A stretch of DNA of 63,599 nucleotides, counting the filler, from Basidiobolus meristosporus CBS 931.73 (taxonomy: Eukaryota; Fungi; Basidiobolomycota): the NCBI GenBank assembly GCA_002104905.1. It is 4 parts of 4 records of this genome, joined end to end, with 100 filler letters (N's around TTAATTAATTAA, not from the genome) between each part and the next. Parts side by side here need not be neighbours in the genome. Positions count along the whole stretch, not along the records: positions 1 to 13,310 come from MCFE01001209.1; 3 more parts are not named here. One strand, given 5' to 3'. The notes under the pieces were generated by a model. The model was not told the DNA's origin and did not search any database. It saw nothing but the letters and a program-made list of their open reading frames with translations. Below, one piece after another: positions 1 through 9,887 of the stretch. A program made the position numbers and the translations under genes. Numbering within the stretch: the stretch's first letter is position 1; each line of letters begins with the position of its first letter.

Positions 1-153
1 TATATGGTATTGAAATGGTAGAGATGGTAACACAGACCTAGGTCATGTGTCACGGGTACTGACGCGGGTACTTGCCTTATATAGATATATCTACTGATCA
101 CAAAGCTGAATAACATCTGGGATAACTAATGCTAATAACTAATCAGGGTAAAC

Positions 154-3100
154 TGTTGTAATTATTGAATTGTCACCTAAATATTCATGCTAACTTAGTC
201 ACATAGATCTTATTCTGTGATTAGCATTCTGTCCTGACTAGATTTCTTGTCGGGATTTACTTAGAATATTTTCACCAAATTATCAGGTACCCAGATTATT
301 ATTTTTCTCAAAGTCGTCCAAAAGACCCCAAACTTTGCACACATATTCTTGGGACCTTCCTTAACAAACTCTACACGTTTGTTTCCTCTACTTTATCAAA
401 AGTATAAATACCATACTTTTGATCAATAAATCTACAAGTGAATAACATGTAAATCTTCTAGTTCTCCACATCACTTCCAATACTCCTCAGAATATTGCAA
501 CAGGTTATGAGCCCCGAGCTTGCTGTCCTCTTGGTGTCTACTATGCTTTGGATCCTTTTCTGCTAGTCTGGAGAAAGACTTTCCGCACTATTGCTCCGCT
601 AAGGTTAAAGAAGACTACCGCTGCTAAAGGACTATGTTTATGAGGATATTGCTGTGGAGAAGAAGGCCTTGCCTTCAAAAGATGCCTTCAGTAACTATCC
701 AAGTTAGTTATGAAGAAGAGTCAATCAAACTGGCATGTAATTGTGTCAAGAAATATAGTATGTTGGTGCTCTACCACTACTGAAGAAAATTGCGTAATTC
801 CAGCAATTGAGGGTCCAGATCTACAATGAAATATACTGCAATATGTATTCATATGACCCCAATTGACTGTTAGACGAGCTCTTGGATAGGATATTATCCT
901 GAATTGCAAAAAAAAAAATATAGATCATTATTAATGATTGCCAGAGGAGGATTTTACCAAAAATCTATTGCCACTCAAAATACAGCTGAGAATGCAAATA
1001 CTGGAGCTGTTAGCCGCCATTCTGGACTATCTACTGATGGAAAAAGATCTCAGAAACAAGCTTCCTGAATTGTAAGGATCCCAATGATATATAATACATA
1101 TATATCCACCTGGAGTACGGATATGTACTACACAATCCATTAGAAGAATGCTATAATTGTATCAAGTGTTTTGATACTGAAACCAGTGTACCAGGAGCTA
1201 AATATGGAGCTGTTAGACGTGCTATCACTTTGTTTAAGTCTCAAAACAGTGGGAGAAAGTATTATACAAATTTAGCAAAATCAACTCATGAAGATTCTAC
1301 CGCCAGCCAAAGGAGTGACGCATATAATTGCAAGCCTGATTGGAGTATACAACCAAGCAACAGTTGGTCAGTACACAGCTAAGAGCCACTCAGAAGATAA
1401 CATAGTACTTTATACTTGTTATATATATATCACTTATTACAGTGGGAGAAAACACTTGGTGATATTTAACTTCTCTGGATCAGATCAGAAGAATTTTGAT
1501 TGATCAAGTCACCGCCAAGTTCTGCAACTCAAATTACTGATATATTGGAGTCTGATACCGAAGTATTGATGAAGCTAGCTATCAAATGCAGTTTATTTGA
1601 TCAAATTTGGTCAACTCTATCAAAAGTTATGAATGATCTAAGTGGATGCCGATTTTGATTATTTCACTCTCAAATAGTCAGATATTCTGGAACAATGATG
1701 TCATGGAGACTCTTGTGCTCAAAAACACCGTGGTCCCACCTGCAAGGAAGTCCAGAACCACCCCACAAAGGGAATTATCCCTGGGTCATCAGCAGAAAAA
1801 GAAAAGAAGAAAAAATGGAAAATACTACTACCGCAAACTAGGGTACTTCCCAAATGGTGCCAAAACTTATGTAAGCCATATTTGGACTATCTGGCAATGC
1901 AGATATGTTCTATGGAGCCTCTTGTACGAAGCTCTCAAGCTAGAAACCCCAGAAGAGCCTTGAAACTTCAACAGGATCTGTTAGATATTGTAGTATATAT
2001 TGGAACAGATTATTTAGTGCAGAAGTCTTGATATCTGCTGTCTATGGAGCTGAAAGAAAAAGGTGCAAGGATCAACCAGATGGTTTTTATGGATTCTGAA
2101 GACACTGAGAAGATCAGTTAGCCTTGGAAACCGAGCTCAAGGTTGAAAATAACTATCAGGAGAATAAGGATAATCAAAGCCCTTGTTAAGGAGAATCTCA
2201 CTTCTGGAAAAGCGCCAATCTCTATTCTACAAGTATATTCTGATAAGACAAAAGCAGCTGTATCAATCCAAATCAGTAGAAGCACTCTAAGAATAGCTAC
2301 CAAACAACCCATGGTGTTGTCCAATACCAAACCGGGTGAATCAAGAAGCAAATGGACTTTGAATCTACCGCATATGAAGTAATCAGTCCAAAGAAAGTTA
2401 TTGCTATTTAAAGAAGACAAAGATGACCATTCTAGATCATATTTGTGGATCTGAATCACTAACAGACGTGGTTCAAGTGGGAGCAGGCCATCCCAGCTCA
2501 GAGTTGAGCAAAAACCTTCTTTTTTTTTTGGCCATGTTATATGTGCCACAGTGCCAGGAAACAAGGATAATCCGGATCAGGCGTAAATGACAAAACCTTA
2601 ACTTGACCCAAAGTAGGTCACTATTTTTTACCTCATATAGCATCTATATGATGGAAGTAACTGTCCCTGAGCCTAATATGGACACACAGTGAAGTTGTCT
2701 AAATGGATTAGACTGTTGGCCGGAAATAAGGAAACTCCAGATCTGCCATAAATGACAAAACCTTAACTTGACCAAAAGTGGGTCAATTTTGCTCAAATAA
2801 GAAGCATTGGATAGCCCAGAGGCTATATACCATTATTACGATCTGTCAATTAGACTCAGCTTATTATTCAAGCCCGTACAACTGATCAAAGTTGATGATT
2901 AGTATTATGATCAGATCATTCAGATTTTTAGGCATATTACTAAGTAGATATGCATACTGAAATTCCAAGTTACTTGTTCTATTAAGTTGAACACAAATGC
3001 ATACACCTTTGGATAATATATTAGTCCAGTATGCAAAACAGTTAAATCTTATACGCTTATTACAGATTGCACACTCACAATATGTATTTATTACTCATGA

Positions 3101-3468
3101 ATATTTTGTTGAGTGGGAGTGTTGTAATTATTGAATTGTCACCTAAATATTCATGCTAACTTAGTCACATAGATCTTATTCTGTGATTAGCATTCTGTCC
3201 TGACTAGATTTCTTGTCGGGATTTACTTAGAATATTTTCACCAAATTATCAGGTACCCAGATTATTATTTTTCTCAAAGTCGTCCAAAAGACCCCAAACT
3301 TTGCACACATATTCTTGGGACCTTCCTTAACAAACTCTACACGTTTGTTTCCTCTACTTTATCAAAAGTATAAATACCATACTTTTGATCAATAAATCTA
3401 CAAGTGAATAACATGTAAATCTTCTAGTTCTCCACATCACTTCCAATACTCCTCAGAATATTGCAACA
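154..3468 (+). mobile_element. Non-autonomous Ty1/copia-type LTR element (3315 bp) with 5-bp TSD TAAAC
   Basis: 349-bp LTRs TGTTG...CAACA at 154-502 and 3120-3468, identical by eye; TAAAC at 149-153 and 3469-3473 (single copy at 6281-6285 in the empty LTR); PBS GGTTATGAGCCC at 503; PPT GAGTGGGAG at 3111-3119; no recognisable RT or integrase inside. Confidence 0.9.
503..514 (+). promoter_or_regulatory. Primer-binding site complementary to the initiator tRNA-Met anticodon arm (half-tRNA priming, copia/Ty5 type)
   Basis: GGTTATGAGCCC directly after the LTR is the reverse complement of GGGCTCATAACC; the same PBS occurs on the minus strand at 56323-56334. Confidence 0.8.
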
Positions 3469-3684
3469 TAAACATCATATGGGATAATACTGATAATATG
3501 GGCAAAAGAAGAATGGGATAATACTGATAAGATAAAATATGGATAAGTATATCATAATGACTATATGAATAAACTTGTCTGTGGGAGGTATGTTTACCCT
3601 ACCACATCCACCCCCCACTTGAGCTAAAAAGTTTCAGGGAACTTTTTAGCTAACCACTGTAAGTTTGGAGAACAAAGTGCTCTC

Positions 3685-5541
3685 TCAGTCTTCCTCAATG
3701 AAGCCACCTGTCCTTTCTTGAGATAGAAATCTACATGATGTCATTGATCGGATATTGTTTGAGTCCACACCACAGAAGGTTGCTGTTAGTCCTGGGCTCT
3801 CTGAGTATATAGTATACCATGCTGAACCATCTGGGTAGTTCACTGCAGTTGCTCTTGCTTTTACCTCCCATGGTCTTCCAAGAAGTAATTCAAAGTTAGC
3901 CTTTGCACATATGAATACTGGGATCTCATGGGGTATTCCTTCAATGATGAGAGGGAAGCTGTGAATAATTCCTAAAAGCTTTGATTGCCCTGAGTTGGCA
4001 TCCTTCATGCTCCAATTGATATTGGTGTCTATGGGCAATAAGTCTTTGCATGGTAGTTGTTTCCAAGCCTCCAAAGGCATCACACATATCTCAGATCCAC
4101 TGTCTATATGACATAGGATTTCTTGATTATGCACAGTTCCTGTAGTTGTTGCAGTTGCCACTGAGTAGTAGTGTTTCTGGCTTTGATGCAGCTTACTGAT
4201 ATCTTGGCTTCCTTGAACTGTCCTGACCTGGTTGCCTTGAGTTGCTTCAATTGGATGCTTTCTTATTCTGATATGCTCATCCAGAGTCTTTCTTACAGAT
4301 GGTGATACACTGAGTAGCTCTCCAACCTTGATTGATATGTTGCTTCCTAGTATATGACTTGTCAGAGCCTCTGGGGTACCATTTTGCTTGACTTTAGGCT
4401 GCATGTGGTAGTTGTTGGTCTTGGCAGACTCTTGTAGAATTAATGGGGGTGATGCTTTCTTCTCAATCACAACTTCTGGCTCACATCTTGGTACTTTTGT
4501 TGCTGGGCCTGGATTAGCCATTTTTTCAGGATGGTGTCTCTTTGAAGCATAAATTGAAGCTATATGATCTTGGGCCTCTCTGGGGTCCTCATAGTCAAAG
4601 TTCAGAACTTCAGCTGGATCAAAGTAGTCAGGATCTTCTTCTTCATGGAGGTGAACCTTTCTTGTATGAGAGGTGACTTGCTTGTAGTGAACTCTCATTC
4701 CTCCTTGTCCAAATGCTGTGGATAATTTGTCACCATGCTTACTGACTATGTATCCCTGAGGACTATATAGGACATCACCTGTGGATAGTAATGACTGAAG
4801 CTCTTGGCAATTTCTCTTGGAATGGTTGGCAGAGTCACACCACATGCATGTATATTTGACTTCTTTCTCTACTGGCTTCTGACCATATGCTTTGCTGGCA
4901 AGTAGCAAAGAGAGTTTCTCTAGTTGCTGTGTCAGCTCCTGAATTTGAGTGCTTTGATTGCTGGGATTAAGTATGTCTTGGCTATCTTGGTTTTGTCCTG
5001 GGCTTGAAAGAAGCTTTCTGATTGGTGAGGTTTCTTCAGGGGCAAGTAAAATCTGCTTAGCTAACTGAAATGCAGGCAGTGAACTCATAGCTTTCACAGT
5101 AGGATTGTTTTCAATCCTTCTAACCAGGCCTTCTGGTAGTGCTCTGAGCAGATAGGCAGATAAAGTCAGATCAGTGATAATGCCTTGGGCTTTCAGTGAC
5201 TCTCCAATTTGCTCAAGGCCACTCAAGTATTCTTTCAATGGTAGCAGCTTAAACTTGCTATAAGCAAAGTTCTCCAAGTCTTGAAGTGTGTAGTCAACTT
5301 GTCTCTCTCCATATTCATCAATCAAGTAGCTCTTCAAGAGGGTCCAATTTGTCAGCAGATCATTTCTTTCATATAATGAGAGCATGATCTCATCAGTGCT
5401 GTAGGGGGGCATCTCTTCAGCCATAATGGCCTCAGGTATTTTGTGGGCTCTGCAGAAAAGCTCCCACCTCTTGATGAAAGCTTTAACTTTGGTTCCATCA
5501 AAGAAAGGAGTTCCTTGCATTCCTGGTAAAGGTAGATCCAT
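3685..5541 (-). CDS. Gag-aspartic protease polyprotein, 618 aa, no RT/RNaseH/integrase (unit 1)
   Basis: Zinc knuckle CMWCDSANHSKRNC, protease HIDSGSEICV...LLLGRPW; stop lies 78 bp from the LTR. Confidence 0.9.
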   Translation of the reverse strand: MDLPLPGMQGTPFFDGTKVKAFIKRWELFCRAHKIPEAIMAEEMPPYSTDEIMLSLYERNDLLTNWTLLKSYLIDEYGERQVDYTLQDLENFAYSKFKLLPLKEYLSGLEQIGESLKAQGIITDLTLSAYLLRALPEGLVRRIENNPTVKAMSSLPAFQLAKQILLAPEETSPIRKLLSSPGQNQDSQDILNPSNQSTQIQELTQQLEKLSLLLASKAYGQKPVEKEVKYTCMWCDSANHSKRNCQELQSLLSTGDVLYSPQGYIVSKHGDKLSTAFGQGGMRVHYKQVTSHTRKVHLHEEEDPDYFDPAEVLNFDYEDPREAQDHIASIYASKRHHPEKMANPGPATKVPRCEPEVVIEKKASPPLILQESAKTNNYHMQPKVKQNGTPEALTSHILGSNISIKVGELLSVSPSVRKTLDEHIRIRKHPIEATQGNQVRTVQGSQDISKLHQSQKHYYSVATATTTGTVHNQEILCHIDSGSEICVMPLEAWKQLPCKDLLPIDTNINWSMKDANSGQSKLLGIIHSFPLIIEGIPHEIPVFICAKANFELLLGRPWEVKARATAVNYPDGSAWYTIYSESPGLTATFCGVDSNNIRSMTSCRFLSQERTGGFIEED

Positions 5542-5594
5542 GGTCTTGATAATTTGTTCTTTCTTAAGTCTTCTAGGGGCAGTTCAGTCAAACC

Positions 5595-5611
5595 CCCCAC
5601 GTTGGGTGCCA
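5595..5611 (-). promoter_or_regulatory. PBS TGGCACCCAACGTGGGG, tRNA-Lys(CTT)-like
   Basis: 4 nt from the LTR end; one mismatch to the classical Lys1,2 PBS TGGCGCCCAACGTGGGG; repeated at 8408-8424. Confidence 0.7.
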
Positions 5612-5615
5612 AATA

Positions 5616-6419
5616 TGTGGTGGTGTAGAGGTACTCCTGGGAGAAGCTACACAACTCAAGGTGTGTGAGGTGTCTGATGGGTGCAATAACCTCTGTGTCT
5701 AAACTGCTGGTGTCTTTGTCAATATGTCACTATGGTAAAAGCTCCTGCTTCTCTAGCTTCCTAGGTGCTCCAAGTGTCTCCAAAGGCCTCTGTGTGTCTT
5801 GTGCACTACCCTGAAAAGCTCCTTGATGGCAGGTCTGAGATGTACTGTTGAAGGCAGGTGCAGTGATCAACTGCTAATCAATAAGGTAGAAGTGTTACTG
5901 ATAGAAGGGATGATTTATTGATGAGGGATTGCTTTCCCTTAAATACTTTTCCTGATTGCCAAGTGATTACTAATGACAAGGTTCTAGAAGATTCTAGGTA
6001 TCAGTGGAATTCTTGATGACATCACTATGAGCTAAAAATATGCCGAGAATGTCCTGGAAGGTTCTAAAAGGCACAGCACTCTCAACCAATCAGGAATCAG
6101 TAGTCTGAAACCTGTGCAACATAGAAATACCATATATGGTATTGAAATGGTAGAGATGGTAACACAGACCTAGGTCATGTGTCACGGGTACTGACGCGGG
6201 TACTTGCCTTATATAGATATATCTACTGATCACAAAGCTGAATAACATCTGGGATAACTAATGCTAATAACTAATCAGGGTAAACATCATATGGGGATAA
6301 TACTGATAATATGGGCAAAAGAAGAATGGGATAATACTGATAAGATAAAATATGGATAAGTATATCATAATGACTATATGAATAAACTTGTCTGTGGGAG
6401 GTATGTTTACCCTACCACA
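5616..6419 (-). repeat. 804-bp LTR shared between the two tandem units
   Basis: TGTGG...CCACA termini; PPT (AAGTGGGGGGTGGA on minus) at 6420 on one side and PBS on the other. Confidence 0.92.
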
Positions 6420-6497
6420 TCCACCCCCCACTTGAGCTAAAAAGTTTCAGGGAACTTTTTAGCTAACCACTGTAAGTTTGGAGAACAAAGTGCTCTC

Positions 6498-8354
6498 TCA
6501 GTCTTCCTCAATGAAGCCACCTGTCCTTTCTTGAGATAGAAATCTACATGATGTCATTGATCGGATATTGTTTGAGTCCACACCACAGAAGGTTGCTGTT
6601 AGTCCTGGGCTCTCTGAGTATATAGTATACCATGCTGAACCATCTGGGTAGTTCACTGCAGTTGCTCTTGCTTTTACTTCCCATGGTCTTCCAAGAAGTA
6701 ATTCAAAGTTAGCCTTTGCACAAATGAATACTGGGATCTCATGGGGTATTCCTTCAATGATGAGAGGGAAGCTGTGAATAATTCCTAAAAGCTTTGATTG
6801 CCCTGAGTTGGCATCCTTCATGCTCCAATTGATATTGGTGTCTATGGGCAATAAGTCTTTGCATGGTAGTTGTTTCCAAGCCTCCAAAGGCATCACACAT
6901 ATCTCAGATCCACTGTCTATATGACATAGGATTTCTTGATTATGCACAGTTCCTGTAGTTGTTGCAGTTGCCACTGAGTAGTAGTGTTTCTGGCTTTGAT
7001 GCAGCTTACTGATATCTTGGCTTCCTTGAACTGTCCTGACCTGGTTGCCTTGAGTTGCTTCAATTGGATGCTTTCTTATTCTGATATGCTCATCCAGAGT
7101 CTTTCTTACAGATGGTGATACACTGAGTAGCTCTCCAACCTTGATTGATATGTTGCTTCCTAGTATATGACTTGTCAGAGCCTCTGGGGTACCATTTTGC
7201 TTGACTCTAGGCTGCATGTGGTAGTTGTTGGCCTTGGCAGACTCTTGTAAAATTAATGGGGGTGATGCTTTCTTCTCAATCACAACTTCTGGCTCACATC
7301 TTGGTACTTTTGTTGCTGGGCCTGGATTAGCCATTTTTTCAGGATGGTGTCTCTTTGAAGCATAAATTGAAGCTATATGATCTTGGGCCTCTCTGGGGTC
7401 CTCATAGTCAAAGTTCAGAACTTCAGCTGGATCAAAGTAGTCAGGATCTTCTTCTTCATGGAGGTGAACCTTTCTTGTATGAGAGGTGACTTGCTTGTAG
7501 TGAACTCTCATTCCTCCTTGTCCAAATGCTGTGGATAATTTGTCACCATGCTTACTGACTATGTATCCCTGAGGACTATATAGGACATCACCTGTGGATA
7601 GTAATGACTGAAGCTCTTGGCAATTTCTCTTGGAATGGTTGGCAGAGTCACACCACATGCATGTATATTTGACTTCTTTCTCTACTGGCTTCTGACCATA
7701 TGCTTTGCTGGCAAGTAGCAAAGAGAGTTTCTCTAGTTGCTGTGTCAGCTCCTGAATTTGAGTGCTTTGATTGCTGGGATTAAGTATGTCTTGGCTATCT
7801 TGGTTTTGTTCTGGGCTTGAAAGAAGCTTTCTGATTGGTGAGGTTTCTTCAGGGGCAAGTAGAATCTGCTTAGCTAACTGAAATGCAGGCAGTGAACTCA
7901 TAGCTTTCACAGTAGGATTGTTTTCAATCCTTCTCACCAGGCCTTCTGGTAGTGCTCTGAGCAGATAGGCAGATAAAGTCAGATCAGTGATAATGCCTTG
8001 GGCTTTCAGTGACTCTCCAATTTGCTCAAGGCCACTCAAGTATTCTTTCAATGGTAGCAGCTTAAACTTGCTATAAGCAAAGTTCTCCAAGTCTTGAAGT
8101 GTGTAGTCAACTTGTCTCTCTCCATATTCATCAATCAAGTAGCTCTTCAAGAGGGTCCAATTTGTCAGCAGATCATTTCTTTCATATAATGAGAGCATGA
8201 TCTCATCAGTGCTGTAGGGGGGCATCTCTTCAGCCATAATGGCCTCAGGTATTTTGTGGGCTCTGCAGAAAAGCTCCCACCTCTTGATGAAAGCTTTAAC
8301 TTTGGTTCCATCAAAGAAAGGAGTTCCTTGCATTCCTGGTAAAGGTAGATCCAT
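6498..8354 (-). CDS. Gag-aspartic protease polyprotein, 618 aa (unit 2)
   Basis: Differs from unit 1 at three residues seen (G/E, T/A, K/R); repeat period 2813 bp. Confidence 0.9.
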   Translation of the reverse strand: MDLPLPGMQGTPFFDGTKVKAFIKRWELFCRAHKIPEAIMAEEMPPYSTDEIMLSLYERNDLLTNWTLLKSYLIDEYGERQVDYTLQDLENFAYSKFKLLPLKEYLSGLEQIGESLKAQGIITDLTLSAYLLRALPEGLVRRIENNPTVKAMSSLPAFQLAKQILLAPEETSPIRKLLSSPEQNQDSQDILNPSNQSTQIQELTQQLEKLSLLLASKAYGQKPVEKEVKYTCMWCDSANHSKRNCQELQSLLSTGDVLYSPQGYIVSKHGDKLSTAFGQGGMRVHYKQVTSHTRKVHLHEEEDPDYFDPAEVLNFDYEDPREAQDHIASIYASKRHHPEKMANPGPATKVPRCEPEVVIEKKASPPLILQESAKANNYHMQPRVKQNGTPEALTSHILGSNISIKVGELLSVSPSVRKTLDEHIRIRKHPIEATQGNQVRTVQGSQDISKLHQSQKHYYSVATATTTGTVHNQEILCHIDSGSEICVMPLEAWKQLPCKDLLPIDTNINWSMKDANSGQSKLLGIIHSFPLIIEGIPHEIPVFICAKANFELLLGRPWEVKARATAVNYPDGSAWYTIYSESPGLTATFCGVDSNNIRSMTSCRFLSQERTGGFIEED

Positions 8355-8428
8355 GGTCTTGATAATTTGTTCTTTCTTAAGTCTTCTAGGGGCAGTTCAG
8401 TCAAACCCCCCACGTTGGGTGCCAAATA

Positions 8429-9232
8429 TGTGGTGGTGTAGAGGTACTCCTGGGAGAAGCTACACAACTCAAGGTGTGTGAGGTGTCTGATGGGTGCAAT
8501 AACCTCTGTGTCTAAACTGCTGGTGTCTTTGTCAATATGTCACTATGGTAAAAGCTCCTGCTTCTCTAGCTTCCTAGGTGCTCCAAGTGTCTCCAAAGGC
8601 CTCTGTGTGTCTTGTGCACTACCCTGAAAAGCTCCTTGATGGCAGGTCTGAGATGTACTGTTGAAGGCAGGTGCAGTGATCAACTGCTAATCAATAAGGT
8701 AGAAGTGTTACTGATAGAAGGGATGATTTATTGATGAGGGATTGCTTTCCCTTAAATACTTTTCCTGATTGCCAAGTGATTACTAATGACAAGGTTCTAG
8801 AAGATTCTAGGTATCAGTGGAATTCTTGATGACATCACTATGAGCTAAAAATATGCCAAGAATGTCCTGGAAGGTTCTAAAAGGCACAGCACTCTCAACC
8901 AATCAGGAATCAGTAGTCTGAAACCTGTGCAACATAGAAATACCATATATGGTATTGAAATGGTAGGGATGGTAACACAGACCTAGGTCATGTGTCACGG
9001 GTACTGACGCGGGTACTTGCCTTATATAGATACATCTACTGATCACAAAGCTGAATAACATCTGGGATAACTAATGCTAATAACTAATCAGGGTAAACAT
9101 CATATGGGGATAATACTGATAATATGGGCAAAAGAAGAATGGGATAATACTGATAACATAAAATATGGATAAGTATATCATAATGACTATATGAATAAAC
9201 TTGTCTGTGGGAGGTATGTTTACCCTACCACA
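8429..9232 (-). repeat. 804-bp 5' LTR of the tandem gag-PR array
   Basis: Near-identical to 5616-6419; PBS adjacent at 8408-8424. Confidence 0.92.
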
Positions 9233-9848
9233 GCGGTTTCCTGGGAGTGTCCTGTGGTCTGGGGTTGGAAGTTCAGGTAGCAGCAGGTAGCAGTGATCAC
9301 ACTAATCAACAAGTCGGTATATTGATAAAAGGGATGATGATTTATTGTTGAGGGATAGCCTCCCTTATATACTTTTCTTACTGGCTAAGTGATTACTAAT
9401 CATGGTGTTCTAGAAGGTTCAGGATATCAATAGAAATCTTAATGACATCAGAATGACCTAAGAATGTTCTAAGTAGGTGCCGGAAGGTTCTAAGAGGCAC
9501 AGCACATCCAACCAATCAGGAATCAGTACTCTGAAACCTGTGTAACATGGGGATACCATATATGGTATGGAAATGGTAGGGATGGTGACACGGGCTGATC
9601 ATGTGTCACGGGTACTGGCGCGGGTACTTGCCTAATTTAGAAGTACTTATAGCTAGTAATCTTACATAAAGTGAGGGGTAACTTATGCAATAAGGTAAGC
9701 AGGTGTGATAGTCAACCGGCTTATGGGATAGTACTGATTGGGTAAGACAAATGGGATAAAACTAAAATAAGTGTAGTAGAGATATAGGGAAGTAGAAAAT
9801 AAGGGAATGAGCACATCTGTCAGTGGGTGTCACTGTCACCCCACTACA
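9233..9848 (-). repeat. Interrupted 3' LTR of a related pol-bearing Ty3/gypsy element
   Basis: Diverged but alignable to the 804-bp LTR (CCAATCAGGAATCAGTA, GTGTCACGGGTACTG); begins TGTAGTGG at 9848 after PPT GAGAGGGGGGTGGA (9849-9862). Confidence 0.8.
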
Positions 9849-9887
9849 TCCACCCCCCTCTCAGCTTTGAACTTGGGTCAAAGCAAA

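Larger units (their letters stand above)
1..3606 (-). repeat. Partial LTR of the gag-PR Ty3/gypsy element (1-153 plus 3474-3606), split by a copia insertion
   Basis: 1-153 matches 6133-6285 of the intact LTR; the match resumes after the duplicated TAAAC and ends at ...CCTACCACA 3606. Confidence 0.9.

Noticed and set aside
5352-5668. Overlapping 80-100 aa ORFs repeated at 8165-8481
   Set aside because: Alternative frames of the gag start and LTR; repeated only because the unit is duplicated
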